A DNA stretch of 64,000 nucleotides from Vitrella brassicaformis CCMP3155 (Eukaryota; Protista; Chromerida): the NCBI GenBank assembly GCA_001179505.1, contig CDMY01000309.1, positions 62,001 through 126,000 of the forward strand, given 5' to 3'. Shown here one piece after another: positions 11,917-24,107 of the stretch (positions are counted from its first letter, which is position 1; every line of letters begins with the position of its first letter). The position numbers and the translations under genes were made by a program. Below the pieces are notes generated by a model. It was given only the letters and a program-made list of their open reading frames with translations, was not told the origin of the DNA and ran no database searches.

Positions 11917-13615
11917 ATGGCCCTTCCCTCCCCCTCTTCTCTTCTCCTTTTTGCTCTGCTCGCATCAGCGACGGCACGTCTTCCCCTGAAGCACCTCCAT
12001 CGGCATAACCTGTCCTTCCACGAGCTGGTACCAACACGATACGTTCAACACTTCCCCCAAACAACCGAGCCCTCTAATGCGCCGCCTCTCGCCACGGTGC
12101 TGAACGATGTGTATGCCAGAGTGTATGGCAGGGCTCTTATTCCGCCCCGGCCCAGATACTCGCCAGAGCGCATCGATTTCCTGCCGTATTTGAAAACGCC
12201 GTCTGGAGTGCTGCCCATCAGTGATTTTGGGGGCGACCCGACAGGCAAGAACGACAGCAGTGCTGCGTTTGAGAGAGCCATCGATGCGGCGCTGCCACTG
12301 TGGAACGGCCGTCACTTGGCAGAGGGCATTAAAGACCTTGGTGGCGCGACACTGACGCTCGACGGTGGAATCTATCTCATCTCCCGGCCGCTATATATCC
12401 CGGGTGGCTATGGCAACATGGTGCGCAAGAGGAGTGGACCACACACATAGATACATGCTGAATGATGGCATACAAGCAAAGGGAGTGCGTGTGTTTGCTT
12501 TCAGCACTGGAGGGATGGCAGCATCGTGGCGTCCGAGAGCTTCCCTGCCGACGGCTTCATCATCACTGTAGGCGCCTCGCCTGCGCCACACTTCGACACC
12601 GAGACTGCGACGCAGGCGAGGCGCCTACAGATTGGCGACCGCAATCAGTTCATGTCATTCTCGGACCTCTATGTCGACGGAAGGGATACAGCGAGCGGCG
12701 TGCTGCGGTTCACGCACACAATTGGGGCAGTGGTTGGCCCTGCCAACCTCTTCATCGGCTTTCACGATGCGGGAGTTCTGATTGAGGGCGGTCACGAGGT
12801 AGGCGACACCGCATACAGACGGACACACAGGATATTCAGCTCGTGTCTCATGTGTTCAGATCAACATCTTTGAGTCATAGCTGGGTCAGTTCTTCTTCGG
12901 CGATCCGCGGAAGCCATCACAGCAGACGGCCGCCGCGATTCGGCTGCTCGGCAACGACCACGTGTTGAGAGATGTGGTGATCTTCAGCGCTAAAATTGGC
13001 GTGGAAGACCGCGCAGGCGCCAACACCCATACAGGCGTACACAGTTGGAATGGCAGCGGGACGGCCATGTTGGTCACGGGCTACTCGACACGCATCCTGG
13101 ACTCATACCCCGACTTCAACAGTATTATCGTGCAGAATCCGAATGCAGTGACCATCACTGGCGGCTTCTTCCTGGGCGGCGCCCAGATCATCCTCAGAGC
13201 CCACGGCAGCGAGCCGACATGCAAGGGCCTGCTCGTGAGGGACAACCAGTTCTCATACACCGATAGAGACACGGTGCGAGTTGAGGGCAACTTCACGAAA
13301 GTCGTCGACACATTCGTCGGCGCGTCCACCATCGGCCGCTCGGCTAAGCTGAAAACCACAAGAGCAGTGCGGCAGCTGCACAAAGAGAATGCGACCGAAT
13401 GGCTCTTCGATTTCAGTGATGTGCTGGTATCCCCGTCGATTGCTCGTGTCATGTATTCGATGGAGATTGAGGGGGACGGTGTTTTTGTGCGTCATGCATC
13501 GAGGCCTGCCGACGGGAACAGGGTGCGTGTGGAGACGGATGTGGCCGTGACGGCGACAGTGATTATGGAAGTCGACCAAAGCGAACTGTTGCAGGGAGGG
13601 GTCATGAATGTGTGA
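11917..13615 (+). CDS. QRT3: Secreted QRT3 (QUARTET3)-like polygalacturonase, pectate-lyase-like beta-helix; in-frame TAG at 12878-12880
   Basis: Signal peptide MALPSPSSLLLFALLASATA. Motifs DFGGDPTGKNDS, GIKDLGGATLTLDGGIYLISRPL, GGHE, AIRLLGNDHVLRDVVIFSAKIGV, FFLGGA and a C-terminal WLFDFSDVL...RVRVETDVAVTATV are colinear with plant QRT3 as I recall it. Exons 11917-12420, 12505-12798, 12860-13615. Confidence 0.88.
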
Positions 13616-13833
13616 ACACTGTACTGGATTGTTGATGGTGTCTCTGTGTGCGTGTGGTGTGTGGCGTGACCTTGGACTAATGACATGGCTGCTCGGTGCC
13701 ATTTGTCAAGCAACTGAACACAGTTCAATAAGAGTAGAATTCTGTCTGTCGTTGTCTCACGATCAGAGACGGCCCCATCCACACACACACACACACACAT
13801 CCCTCCCTTCCTTTGTACACCTACTGCACTGCA

Positions 13834-15430
13834 CTACATATCGATCTGCTGTCTGCGCATGACGTCTCTGTGCCCCCCACTCACAACCGCCTTCCTCAGC
13901 CCCGCATTCGGCAAGACATCCGGCAGCCGGCCGAACTTCATGTAGAACACCTTTGGCCCTTCTTCCTGCATGGCCTCCTCCTCGTCGATGTCGCACTCGA
14001 TGCGCGCCTGCAGCCGCTTGGCCACTTCCTCGACAGACGGCAGTGCGAGATCCCTCTTGGCGCCATCCACTCGCTCCATCTCGTGCGCTCGGACCACCTT
14101 GAGCGAGTCGAAGATAGAGGGCGGCGGGCCAGCGGCAAAGCCGTCATGGTAGGAGCCGTAGTAGCGCATGAACTGGTGCTGGTGCAAGAGAATGCGCGAC
14201 GAGTCGTTGGGGAGGGGCGGGGCGGCGATAAGCTGCGGCAGATAGAAACCCTTCTCCTTGCTGTCAGTGGTGGTGCCGTCTCTGTTGGCGGCTGCCTCGT
14301 CTTCTTGTTCCTTCAATCTCTTCTGTTTGGCGGCCTCCTTGGCCTTGAGCTCCTCCTCAGTGTAGTCCCACATGGTGACCCTCCTTAGCCTCGCCAGCTC
14401 AGCCGCCTCCTCGTCAGTCAGATTCAGCTCCTGCAGTCGATCCCCATCGGCGATCCGCTCGTCGGCCTCACGCACCTTCTCGTCAGCCGACCGGTCCGTC
14501 TCGTGGATGGCAATGCGGCGGTCTCGGTACCTGAAGGTGTTGGCGTTGAAGAACTGCTTTGTGTCGCGGCCCTTGATGGGCAGCCCGTAGGAGGGGTCCA
14601 GCTGGGTGGCGTAGTGGGGGTAGGGGAGGCAGCTGTAGAACAGGGGGGGCGACTGCCGCCGGATGGTCGACAGGACGTCGTAGGTGAGGAACTCGCTGTC
14701 CGTCACGATGTGCAGCTCGGCGTTGTCCATCATGGTGGCCGCCAGCGACTTGAGGAACTTGGTGCGGATCAGGCGAGACTGCAGGGTGCGCAGCGGGTGG
14801 CGCGTCCGCTCCGTCTCCTTGTCGGTGGAGGGGTAGTTGACGTACGCAGCCCTCACGAGCTTCTCGGGGATCAGCCTGTGCAGGCAGAAGGCATCTGCAC
14901 AGAGGATCCGCACATTGGGGAACCGCACAAGGGCGTCGGGGTGCACCTGGAACGCCCTGACCAGACCGATGGAGCGACCGAACACACACATGTGTGCACG
15001 CCAATATCCCGCTGGCTGCGTGTGTCTACCTGCAGCATTTGTGCAGTGCATTGAAGACTCTCCTGTAGTCGTTGTCGATGGCAATCCAGTTCTGGTCGGG
15101 GTTGTGCAGGGCGTGGTGCAGCGCGAACTCGGCGTCCCCACACCCGATGTCCAGATAGCACTCCTCGCCCTCGCGGAAATACCACTGCTCAAGTGCCGGA
15201 GCCATCCCAGATCTGAACCAAACACACACAGAGCCACATTTGCCAGTGCAGTGCAATGCAGAACATCCCACCATCCATCAGTGTGCGTACCCGTCTCTTC
15301 CAAACAGGAGCCCAGGAGGGTCCCACAGGTAGAACTGGGTCATCTCTGCCCGGTGCAGGTACCACTGCCTCAGCTGTTGGTTGAAGAGCCGCTGCAGGGC
15401 GGTGAACGCATTGGCCGAGTGAACACTCAT
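13834..15430 (-). CDS. TrmB/Trm8-like SAM-dependent methyltransferase (tRNA m7G46 family) with a long C-terminal extension
   Basis: YLDIGCGDAEFALHHALHNPDQNWIAID (motif I), NVRILCAD and LHIVTD. ATG at 15430 (MSVHSANAF); three short introns; stop at 13834. Confidence 0.75.
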
Positions 15431-15651
15431 CGCAGCTGCACAAGACGGATTCGGCAGATCAACAGCAAAAGGACATAGAGCAGGCAATGGAGAAGACGGG
15501 AAGCTCAACAGAGAACGACGGAGGGATGTGAAGAGGACGCACCTTTTCGGCAGCAGCGATTTCAGGGAGCACCCTAGGCGGCCTTTTAGAAGGCGCAAGT
15601 GGGGTCTGCCGAGCGGGAGTATTTGGCACTCGTTATCAGTATCAGTACCGA

Positions 15652-16404
15652 ATGGCGATGCCAGATGCAGTCGATGAGTTTTGGCCGTCAGAGCCGGAGC
15701 ACGGCGCACCGGCTGCCGACCAGCCTCACGTCGCCATCGAGGGAGAGGAGGTGTCGGGCGACGGCAAGACCATCCCGCTGGACCGGCTGTACTTCCTCCT
15801 GGCTGCCGCTGCCACCATCCTCGTCGCTGCCGCTGTGCTATCGCTGTGGTAAGAAGCAACACTCCGCTGCTGCTGCTGATGCTGATGCTGATGCTCACTC
15901 TCTTACTGCACTGCTCTGCCCTTATATGTGTTTTCAGGTATCGGTTCAAGCAGTCCCGTCAGAGGAAGCGGGACGAACAGCTGGACCGGAAGAGGGAACA
16001 AGCACGGTACAACAGATGAAGAGCATCCATCCATCCATGCAGCCCTCATTCGTGTGTGACGTCATGTTCTCCCCTGCTGCAGGCTTCGCCAGTTGGCTCG
16101 TCTGGAGGAGGAGGCCGACCACTTCAAACACACGGTGGAATACGAGGTAGGTGGGTGACCCAGGCAGCCAGCAGCCCGCCTCTAGGGTCTATCTACCGTG
16201 CATCTTCCCTTTTCTCTCTTTCAGCGCATGGAGCAGGAGGCCAAGGAGCGTGACAAGGGCATCACGGCTGAGCACCGGCACACGATGGACAAGGCGGAAC
16301 ACTACGGCCCTGGCCTGGACAGCCCCTTCTTCGACAAGTCTATGCCAGGTTACCGGCCGCAGCGCAAGGGACCTGGCATGAGGGGTGGTGGATGACGGCG
16401 GTAG
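15652..16404 (+). CDS. SELENOS: Selenoprotein S (SELENOS/VIMP)-like; TGA at 16393-16395 read as Sec, true stop TAG at 16402-16404
   Basis: Exons 15652-15848, 15938-16006, 16083-16146 and 16225-16404 are phase-consistent. They encode one N-terminal TM helix, a charged coiled coil and a Gly-rich tail ending YRPQRKGPGMRGGG(U)RR*. A SECIS lies downstream. Confidence 0.85.
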
Positions 16405-16605
16405 ACGCGGAGGCAGCCATGTGTCAGTCGCACACATGGGCCTTCGGCGACCGATGTCCGTGCATACGTACGGACATCCGTCCGCTCTGACTTGTGTTTT
16501 TCCGTGTACAATTCAACCAAGGGGCATCGGGGGAGATGTTGATATGTATCCGGGCAATTCAATTGCGGGGGAGTGTCATCGCAATATGCATGACCGCAAG
16601 TTGAT

Positions 16606-16701
16606 GAGTGAGTGCATGAGTGCTGTTCGAGTGACGGCTGGGGGGCAGAAGGCCCGTTGCGGTCCGCTCACAGCCCGAAGGAAACGGCGCTCTGCTCACT
16701 C
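16606..16701 (+). promoter_or_regulatory. SECIS element, type II, GUGA core
   Basis: Helix I gagtgctgtt/aacggcgctc extended by gagtgag/ctcactc; core GTGAC (16631-16635) opposite CGAA; helix II ggctgggggg c/gctcacagcc; unpaired AGAA; apical ministem ggcc/ggtc. Confidence 0.85.
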
Positions 16702-17210
16702 GCCAACTCGCTGCATGCGTGCATGGCTTGGCTGGCTGGCTGCATTTATGAGGGTGGCAGACGATGATAGCTGTCTGTCTGTCTGTGCAGATGTGTGGAG
16801 TGACGTACGCCTGTGAGCGCGGATTCATGAATCTATTGCTGTGTTCATTGTGTTCACGAAACGTCATCGGTCGAAGAAACGGATCACATCGAGGTATAGC
16901 TGACGCGTTTTGATGCTTTTCTCGTTCCCTGATCTGTACAAGTCCAGCAGGCAGGCAGTCACGAAACACTACACTAACGCATGATTGGGTCAGTCCACCC
17001 CGGCCAGCCAGCCATGAGAGCATCCCTCCGTCACGACAGCCCTCTGCCATCCCCTAGGCCTGCACAATCCTACACTCCACGCATCCTCCCTTGGCAAGAG
17101 TGGGGCGACCGACCTGACAGACAAGAATGGGACCCCACACACAGCATACATGCAGCACCGGTGGACAAGCCCATCGACGGAGGAGACACAAACCGTACCT
17201 GTCCTCCTTG

Positions 17211-19470
17211 TTAGGTGTCGAGTGCTTTGAGAGTGAGCGTATTCGGACGCCGCCCGGGAAGTCCCCCCCAACTGATGCGAAACCGGCCGTCAACGCCTTC
17301 AATGGCGTCGCCGTGGGTCCGCTCCTCCACCAGCCGCCTAAAGCTCTGACCTCCAACTGGCCGCAACAGCGAGAAGTGGAGCTCCTTGATGCCTCGGATC
17401 GTGAGCAGCGACCTGACGCAGGCGATGCCGAACTCGCCAGGGCATCGCCATCGCCCAAATCCCGAGGAACTGCAGACAGACAGACAGACATAACATCCAA
17501 TGGGTTGGCGAGCGAGAGCTGCCGATTGGTTGTCTGTGAGGAGGCGATTGTCTGCAGCTCACCCTCTACACTACTATCCAGTACTGTGATGGTCGGCAGC
17601 TGATCCGCCATGTCCCCCCACGTCAGCCCCCCCTCACCCACATCCGTCACGCTTGTGGCCTCGAAACACTCCAACTCCCTCTCCCCACCAACCGCCTGCA
17701 ACACCCCCACTGCTTGCTCCTCTGTCGAGTGCCACAGCTCAATGCGTTTGACAGCCGGCATCTTGGTCAGCAGCTTGCGAGCAATCACGTGCCCGTTGCT
17801 GTCGTGGATGGAGAGGGACGACGCGGCGGGGAATGCGTTGTTTGGCATGCTGTCGATCACAAGTGGGTCAGCATCCAGACCCACTTGTGATCGCATGACC
17901 TCCACCCTCTCCGCTTTGAGGAATGTCAGGGACTGAGCGAGGGCGATGGCAGCGGGGCTGGGCGTGTCCAGAGGGTTGGTGGTGTGGTTGGGGAGGATGG
18001 CTGGGGACACTGTGTGGGCTTTGGCTGCCAGCTGCTGGATGTGTTTCTGCACGAAGGGGGAGGGCTCCGGGCGCGTGGGGACCCCACACAGAAGGGAAAG
18101 GTCGAAGGCGTTACTCGTGTCGAAGATACTGATGTCGACGGGGATGTCGGGCCTCACAGAGACGGCACGGGCGAAGGTCTCGATGGCCGAGAGGGTCGCG
18201 AAGATGTGGCTGTCGATAAAGGAGTCCTTGAGCTTCATGCTGAGCTTCTTGATGGAGCGGCAGCCACGGTCGACAAGAACGGCCTGCACAAAGACACACG
18301 TACATCGCAAACAGACTCTCACCCACTCTCTCTGATTTTGTGTATCTTGTGTAATCCGTCGCACACCTGAAGGCGCTCTAGACCCCTAGCGCTCGCGCTC
18401 GACATTCTGAGTGTGCCGACATCCTCCAGCTGCGACAGCGACCCCGGCTGGCCGGCCGCTGCCACCGGGATCTGCGCCAGCGAGTTGGCCGTGACGTCAG
18501 GATGGCATTCCACGTGCAGCTCCTTGAGGCACCGCGACATCCCCACCAGCCCCTCCAACACCTCCAACACCCCATCGCCACACACGATCCCTCCCAACTG
18601 GACTGCCTCCAGTGACGGCAGCTGCCAGTGGCGCCCGCGGCCGGGATAGGAGAGCTCATATCCCTGCACCGTGATGGAAGTGAGGGATGTAAGGGTGGGG
18701 GGCGGGTCGAGGCGCGAGAGGAGAGCCACCGACGGCTCCGTCGCAGCTCGGATATCGCGATACTCGTCCTCGTCGACGATGACGGTCGATCCGCCGCTCT
18801 CGCCGTACTCGATCGACTCAAGCGTCCCCCGGCCTAGTTGGCCGGCTGCTGTGGCCGCCTCGGCTCTCCGCCCCTCACTGTGGCCCTCCACCGATGCCGT
18901 GACGACCTTGTGGATAACCGGCGACAGAGGGATGTAGTCAATAAAAGCGGGCGGCCCTCTTGAGATGAAGAGGTTACGGGGATGCTTGACGACGATTGAC
19001 TTGAGCCGTGTGAGCTGCCGGCCCCACTCGAAGGCGTCAGCGAATGAGAGGCCGCACCAGAAGCGCCGCTCGGCGGTGTCGTAGGTGTCCATGACCAGCT
19101 GGGTGATCTGGCAGCCGACGTGGCGCCACAGCCGCTGGGGCAGCGCCGCCACCAAATGAAGCGACACGAACGAGAAGACGTAGGCAACAACAACCGGCTG
19201 AGTGTTTCTCTGACAACACACACCACACAGACACAGAGAGAGGAGACAATGAGGATGTGTGTGTTTGCCAGTGGTTTGGTTTGGTGCATCTCAGCTTACG
19301 ATGTGGCTGAAGTGTTGAGCAAAGGCCTGCAGACCTATGCTGTGGGTGGCGTGCGATGCCGTCGCCTGCTGCTGGTGCTGCGGGCCGTCGGTGTCCATCA
19401 TGGCCTCCTCGTGTGCATCGTCCTCCTCTCGCTCTGCCCGCCTCTGTCGCTTCGACGCCGACTCACTCAT
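17211..19470 (-). pseudogene. Expanded lineage-specific family (F-box-like N-terminus plus LRR-like solenoid), copy 1, 1-nt deletion in last exon
   Basis: MSESASKRQR...FSHI|PVVVAYVFSFVSLHLVAALPQRLWRHVG... is homologous to 39613-43871 and 46076-48223. The coding strand reads gatgccctggcgag here against gatgccgctggcgag in the paralogues (about 17441). Ancestral stop at 17211. Confidence 0.75.
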
Positions 19471-20583
19471 CGCCTGACCACGTCAATCATCTACCAAACA
19501 AGCGGACCGGCGCCGCCCCAACACCATCTATGGCTGCACAGATGGACATGGATGACGACAAATGCATTCACTGTCCATGCTGTATCTACACATCTCGCTC
19601 ATCTGAGTGTCCTGGCTGTTTCCTCCCTCTTGGCTCACCTGTGTGCCTCAAGGATATCCGCCGCAAAGGGTTTGAATAACGGCTGCAGCTCGCACTGTAC
19701 TCTGTGATTCGTCTCTGCTTCCCCGGGATGCTGTCGGCTGTGTTGTTGGCCTTTCTGTCGATAGGCGTAAGTGGCGCCCGTCCGAAAGCCCACCCCAGTG
19801 TGGTGCTGAGGCAGCTGGAGAGCCATGACAGGCAGCAGCAGATGAGAGCTCTTCACTCGATCTGGCATGCGCAGACACGCCAAACAACCAGCTGCAGAGA
19901 CACACAGACGGGAAGGGAATGAGTGGTCGTTTCCTTGAATTGTCTGTCTGTCTGTCTGCATGTCGGTTGCTGACTCGACGGCTTACGTCATATGGTACAG
20001 CATCTGTGTCCGTCCTCGACCTCGTCCACGGGATCTATGAGAAGATGAATCAGTTGGGTGTGCTATCAGAGGCGAGATTCATCTGCCTCAAATGCTCACA
20101 GAGCCCTGTGAGGTCTTATGTAAGTATATGTGGGCTCTGTGATGATGTATTCACCTGCCTGCCGGCACGTCTCTGCCTGTCATATGCATGAAGGAGCGCG
20201 TCAGATCTGTCCGGCTGCCTGTCTGTGGCATCGTGCCAGCACCCGTCAATGTCAATGCAGCCAGTAAGCACTGACTAAGATCTTGATGCACATAACCTAC
20301 ACGACGTCAATCAAGGAAGCACAGCACATCTACTATCCCAACAAAATTCATCCCACCTTATGGAATCAGCCAAAAACGTGTGTGTGGAAAACTGTTGTGG
20401 AGCTGACTAACCTCCTTCCTTCCCATCCATGTGTGCCCGCAGGTGGATATCAGACAAACAGACAGACAGCCTGGCCCGCCAGAGTGCACCCTCTCACGCA
20501 GCACTGCCCAACGTTGCCTAATGCCTAACCAAAAGCCTCCTAGAAAAGAGCAACGTGTGTGTGCGTCGACACACGCTGCTCAG

Positions 20584-23334
20584 TCACTCGTTGGTGGGCA
20601 CAGCCATGAAGCGGTCGCTATCTCGTTGGGCGTCATGTGTGGTGGCCATGCTCGGACGCTCGCCGCCGCCTATGCCTGCAGCAGCCACATCTCCAGCTGC
20701 CGCGGCGTGCTTGTCGCTCTCTGGTGCAGCAGCTGCATCCTGGACGACTACGTTGACCGCATCTGGCTGAATTCCCAGTGACACGGAGCTGGCATGATGG
20801 AAAAATTCACCTTCACCGCGACCAGCTGCAAGCGGGCAAAGACAGAGGGCAAGCTTCTCTCTGTGTCTCTCTCTTGTGTCTCATGATCGATGCTAGCCGA
20901 TGCTCACTGAAGTCCTCTTCGAACTGGTTCTGTTCGGTCTTGCTGAGTTCCGACGAGAGCTTGGCGATCAGCCTGACGCGATGCAACGTCAGACACAAAG
21001 GAAGAGAACGCAGGACATGGTTGGCAATCATAACACGGTGTTGTTGCGTATCTCCCTCCCTGGCTCACTTGTTTTGCTTCTTGCGCAGCTGCTCTGCGTA
21101 TTGGGCGATGACCTTGTCTCCGTTCAAAAGCTTCAGCCACACGACGAAGAAGATGATGGCCAATCCGATGATGGCCACAATGATGCTGCCACCAATCGTG
21201 AGGCCAGGCTGTCCGTTCTCCTCCTCGAACATTTGGCACAGCCCGAAAAGGGCGAATGGAATCAGGAAGAAAACCTGCATACAACGCGTGCATGCATCTA
21301 TACACATGTCGTCTCTTGTATGTATCCTGACTCGCTTACAGTGACTATGTAGGCGATTGGGAACCAGCGGAAGTCAGCCGTGATTTGGCCGAGGGCAGTG
21401 GCCATGCGGAGCGGCACACGGCGCATCATGGGTATGGGGTACCAAATGAGGATGCCGAATATGTTAAAGAAGAGGTGGCACATGGCGATCTGCATGCCCT
21501 CGGGCTTGTCTGACACTAACGCCGCCATCACAGAGGTCACCGTCGTCCCAATCTGCACGTAAGGAGTGATAGGGAAATGAACGTGTGACGGCCTTCGTGT
21601 GTGAGGAACTCGGCTCGCTCACGTTTGCGCCGAGTGTGAGGGGGTACATGTGGTGGAGGTCGATCCCACCCAGGCCCACAAGCGGCGTCAAGACAGATGT
21701 CGTGATCGAGCTTGACTGCACGAGAATCGTCAAACCGCAGCCGATCAACATGGCCACATAACCTACACACACGTACACAAAGGGACAGATGGCAGATGGA
21801 GAGTGGCTGGGCTGGAGCCTCACCCACCGTGTCCCGGATAGGTCTGATAGACCACGCGCTCAAACGTCTCCTTAATGGTGCCGATCAGGAGGTAGCGAAG
21901 CACCTTCACCTGCAGGCCAGTGACAGGGAGTTCATCGACTTTTGCTCACATGTATAGTCACCATCACTGTGAGAGCCACGAGCAACAGCACCAGACTGAC
22001 GACGGCGTGAATACCCCGTATCGGAACTCGCCATCCGCCCAGTGGTCGCCGGTCTCAGTGGGGCCCAGCTCCCCGTCAATCTCAGGCGTATGCACTTTCT
22101 GAGCACATGAAGGGAGGGGGTGAGGTGTGCAGCAAGTGTATGTTGTGTGTCTGTCGTATGCGTCTCCCTGCCTGCCAGGCCAGGCCCTCGAGTATGAGGT
22201 GGTCGACATAGGCCGGGCTAGTGACGTTGCGCGTGGAGCAGCCCAAGGTGCCGCTGGCCACACCCTTGATCACTTTCTTGTCGGCCACCAGAATGTGCTT
22301 CGTCACCATTTTGACGATCTTGTCAAACGGACCTTCCCACTTTTCGCCCTGATGTTGTGGAGCGGAACGACCAGACACACACAGAGACATCCACTTCTCG
22401 CCTGCTCCATGCATAAATTGACCAATGCATCCATACCGATGTGAGCTCCATGCTATCCTTAATTGCATCACTGAGGTGTTCCAAGACTCCTGAGACTATC
22501 TCCACCGGTAGCAAGACCGCCACAGAAAGCAAATTAAAACAGTCATGTACCTACAATCATGCATGCGCGTGCAGTGAGCGAGACACGCTCATGACACATT
22601 CTCTCTCTCTCTCTCTGTGTGTATCTGTGTGACATACCGTGGCCCCCGCGAAGGCCCGCTTAAACTCCCCAAGCTGATGTATCTGCCCTAGACTCACAAT
22701 GGTGTTCGTCACCGACGTACCGATGCTGCATGAGAGGGCGTCACGTGCAGAGAGACAGAGGATTGAATGTGTACCCGTCTTAGTGTGCTTACTTGGCTCC
22801 CATGATGACGGGGATTGCGATGTGGACGCTCAGAAGCCCGGAGCCGACCAGCGACACGACGATGGATGTTGTCGTGCTGCTGCTCTGCAGGGTCACCGTG
22901 GCCAGTATTCCTGATGCATCCATGAAGAGTCAGGCGGAAAGGAGAGGGGTTCAACCCTAGTAGTTCATTCCAAGAGATGCGTACCAGCTGTGAGGCCAGA
23001 GATTGGGTTCTGAAGTTCGCTGAAGAATTGGCCCATCCCACAGCTGCCAATGGTCTTGAAGCTGCAGCCGGGAGGGACAGAACCATATGCAGAAATCCAT
23101 GCCTCGACATGACGGGGCGTCACAGACGGACCTCTCTCCCATCAGTTTGAGCGCGATGAGGAAGAGATATAGGGCCCCCACGAGTACGACCAGCAGAAGG
23201 GACACCTTGAGCCACTCAAGCCACTTCTTCGTCGGCGAGGCCTCACCACCCTCAGCCTCGGCATCATCCGGCCGACGAACAACCTCAGAGTCCGGGGCGA
23301 CGTCAGGGGCGCCTGCCTGGGGAGACTGGGCCAT
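20584..23334 (-). CDS. SLC34: Sodium-dependent phosphate cotransporter, SLC34/NptA family
   Basis: Two inverted repeats with the family signature: [15 protein letters not shown]...[17 protein letters not shown] and [16 protein letters not shown]...LTLGANIGTTVT. Also FAGATV and [16 protein letters not shown]. Multi-exon. Confidence 0.93.
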
Positions 23335-23570
23335 TGCGGGAAGAGGAAAATGTCAAAATTGGGTGAGGGGGAAGAGAAAGAAGCCCAAGTCGAGAACCCT
23401 GCAACCCGAACCCTGACCAAACGATTTTTTGTTGTTGGACTTCCCATGATACTTGCTGTTGGACTTCCCATGATATACATTTGGCGGCAGTCATTCTCCC
23501 GCGCATCATTGAACCGCAGCCACGCACTTTGAACCGCAGCAGGCACCAAATAGGTCACTAAGGCAGAGCC

Positions 23571-24076
23571 ATGATTGCATCACCGTACCGCTCAGCGATG
23601 ACGTCAGCTACATCACTCGGCTGTTGGGCATTGTTCGTGGCAGAGATGACCGCAGCCATTCCCCGCTCAGCTGATCCGTTGGTACAAGACGACGCGCTGC
23701 AGCTGGCGAACGAAATCCGTGACCGGTCCCCAGAGAGCTGGAGCCAGTGGATGCTGGGTGCTCACTATTCGAGGAAGCTGCAGAGCAACGACATGGACCA
23801 GCAGCTTGACGCGTTGTGGGCGATATCTGTCATGCTCGCCAGCAGCGTTGACCCTGCAAGTGACGCTGCTGGATTGGTTGAGCTCTTCCGGCCGGCCCTT
23901 TTCGCCCTCATGAGAGACTTTCGGGTGGACCGATCTGTTCAACTTGAGGCGGCGACAGTCTTGCAGCAGATGGCAGAGACCGGCGACCAGGCCACCGATG
24001 CTCTCGCGGGGTGAGTGAGTGAGTGAGTGAGTGGCTGATTGACATGAAGCTGGAGGCTCACTCACATCAATTGTCG

Positions 24077-24107
<31 letters not shown>

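Noticed and set aside
19704-20191. Short signal-peptide-like ORF (MIRLCFPGMLSAVLLAFL...) and a downstream open segment
   Set aside because: No consistent splice model or homology; may be a fragment.
23441-23476. Tandem duplication of tgttggacttcccatgata between the SLC34 and ARM-RING starts
   Set aside because: Two units only; simple slippage, with no evidence of function.
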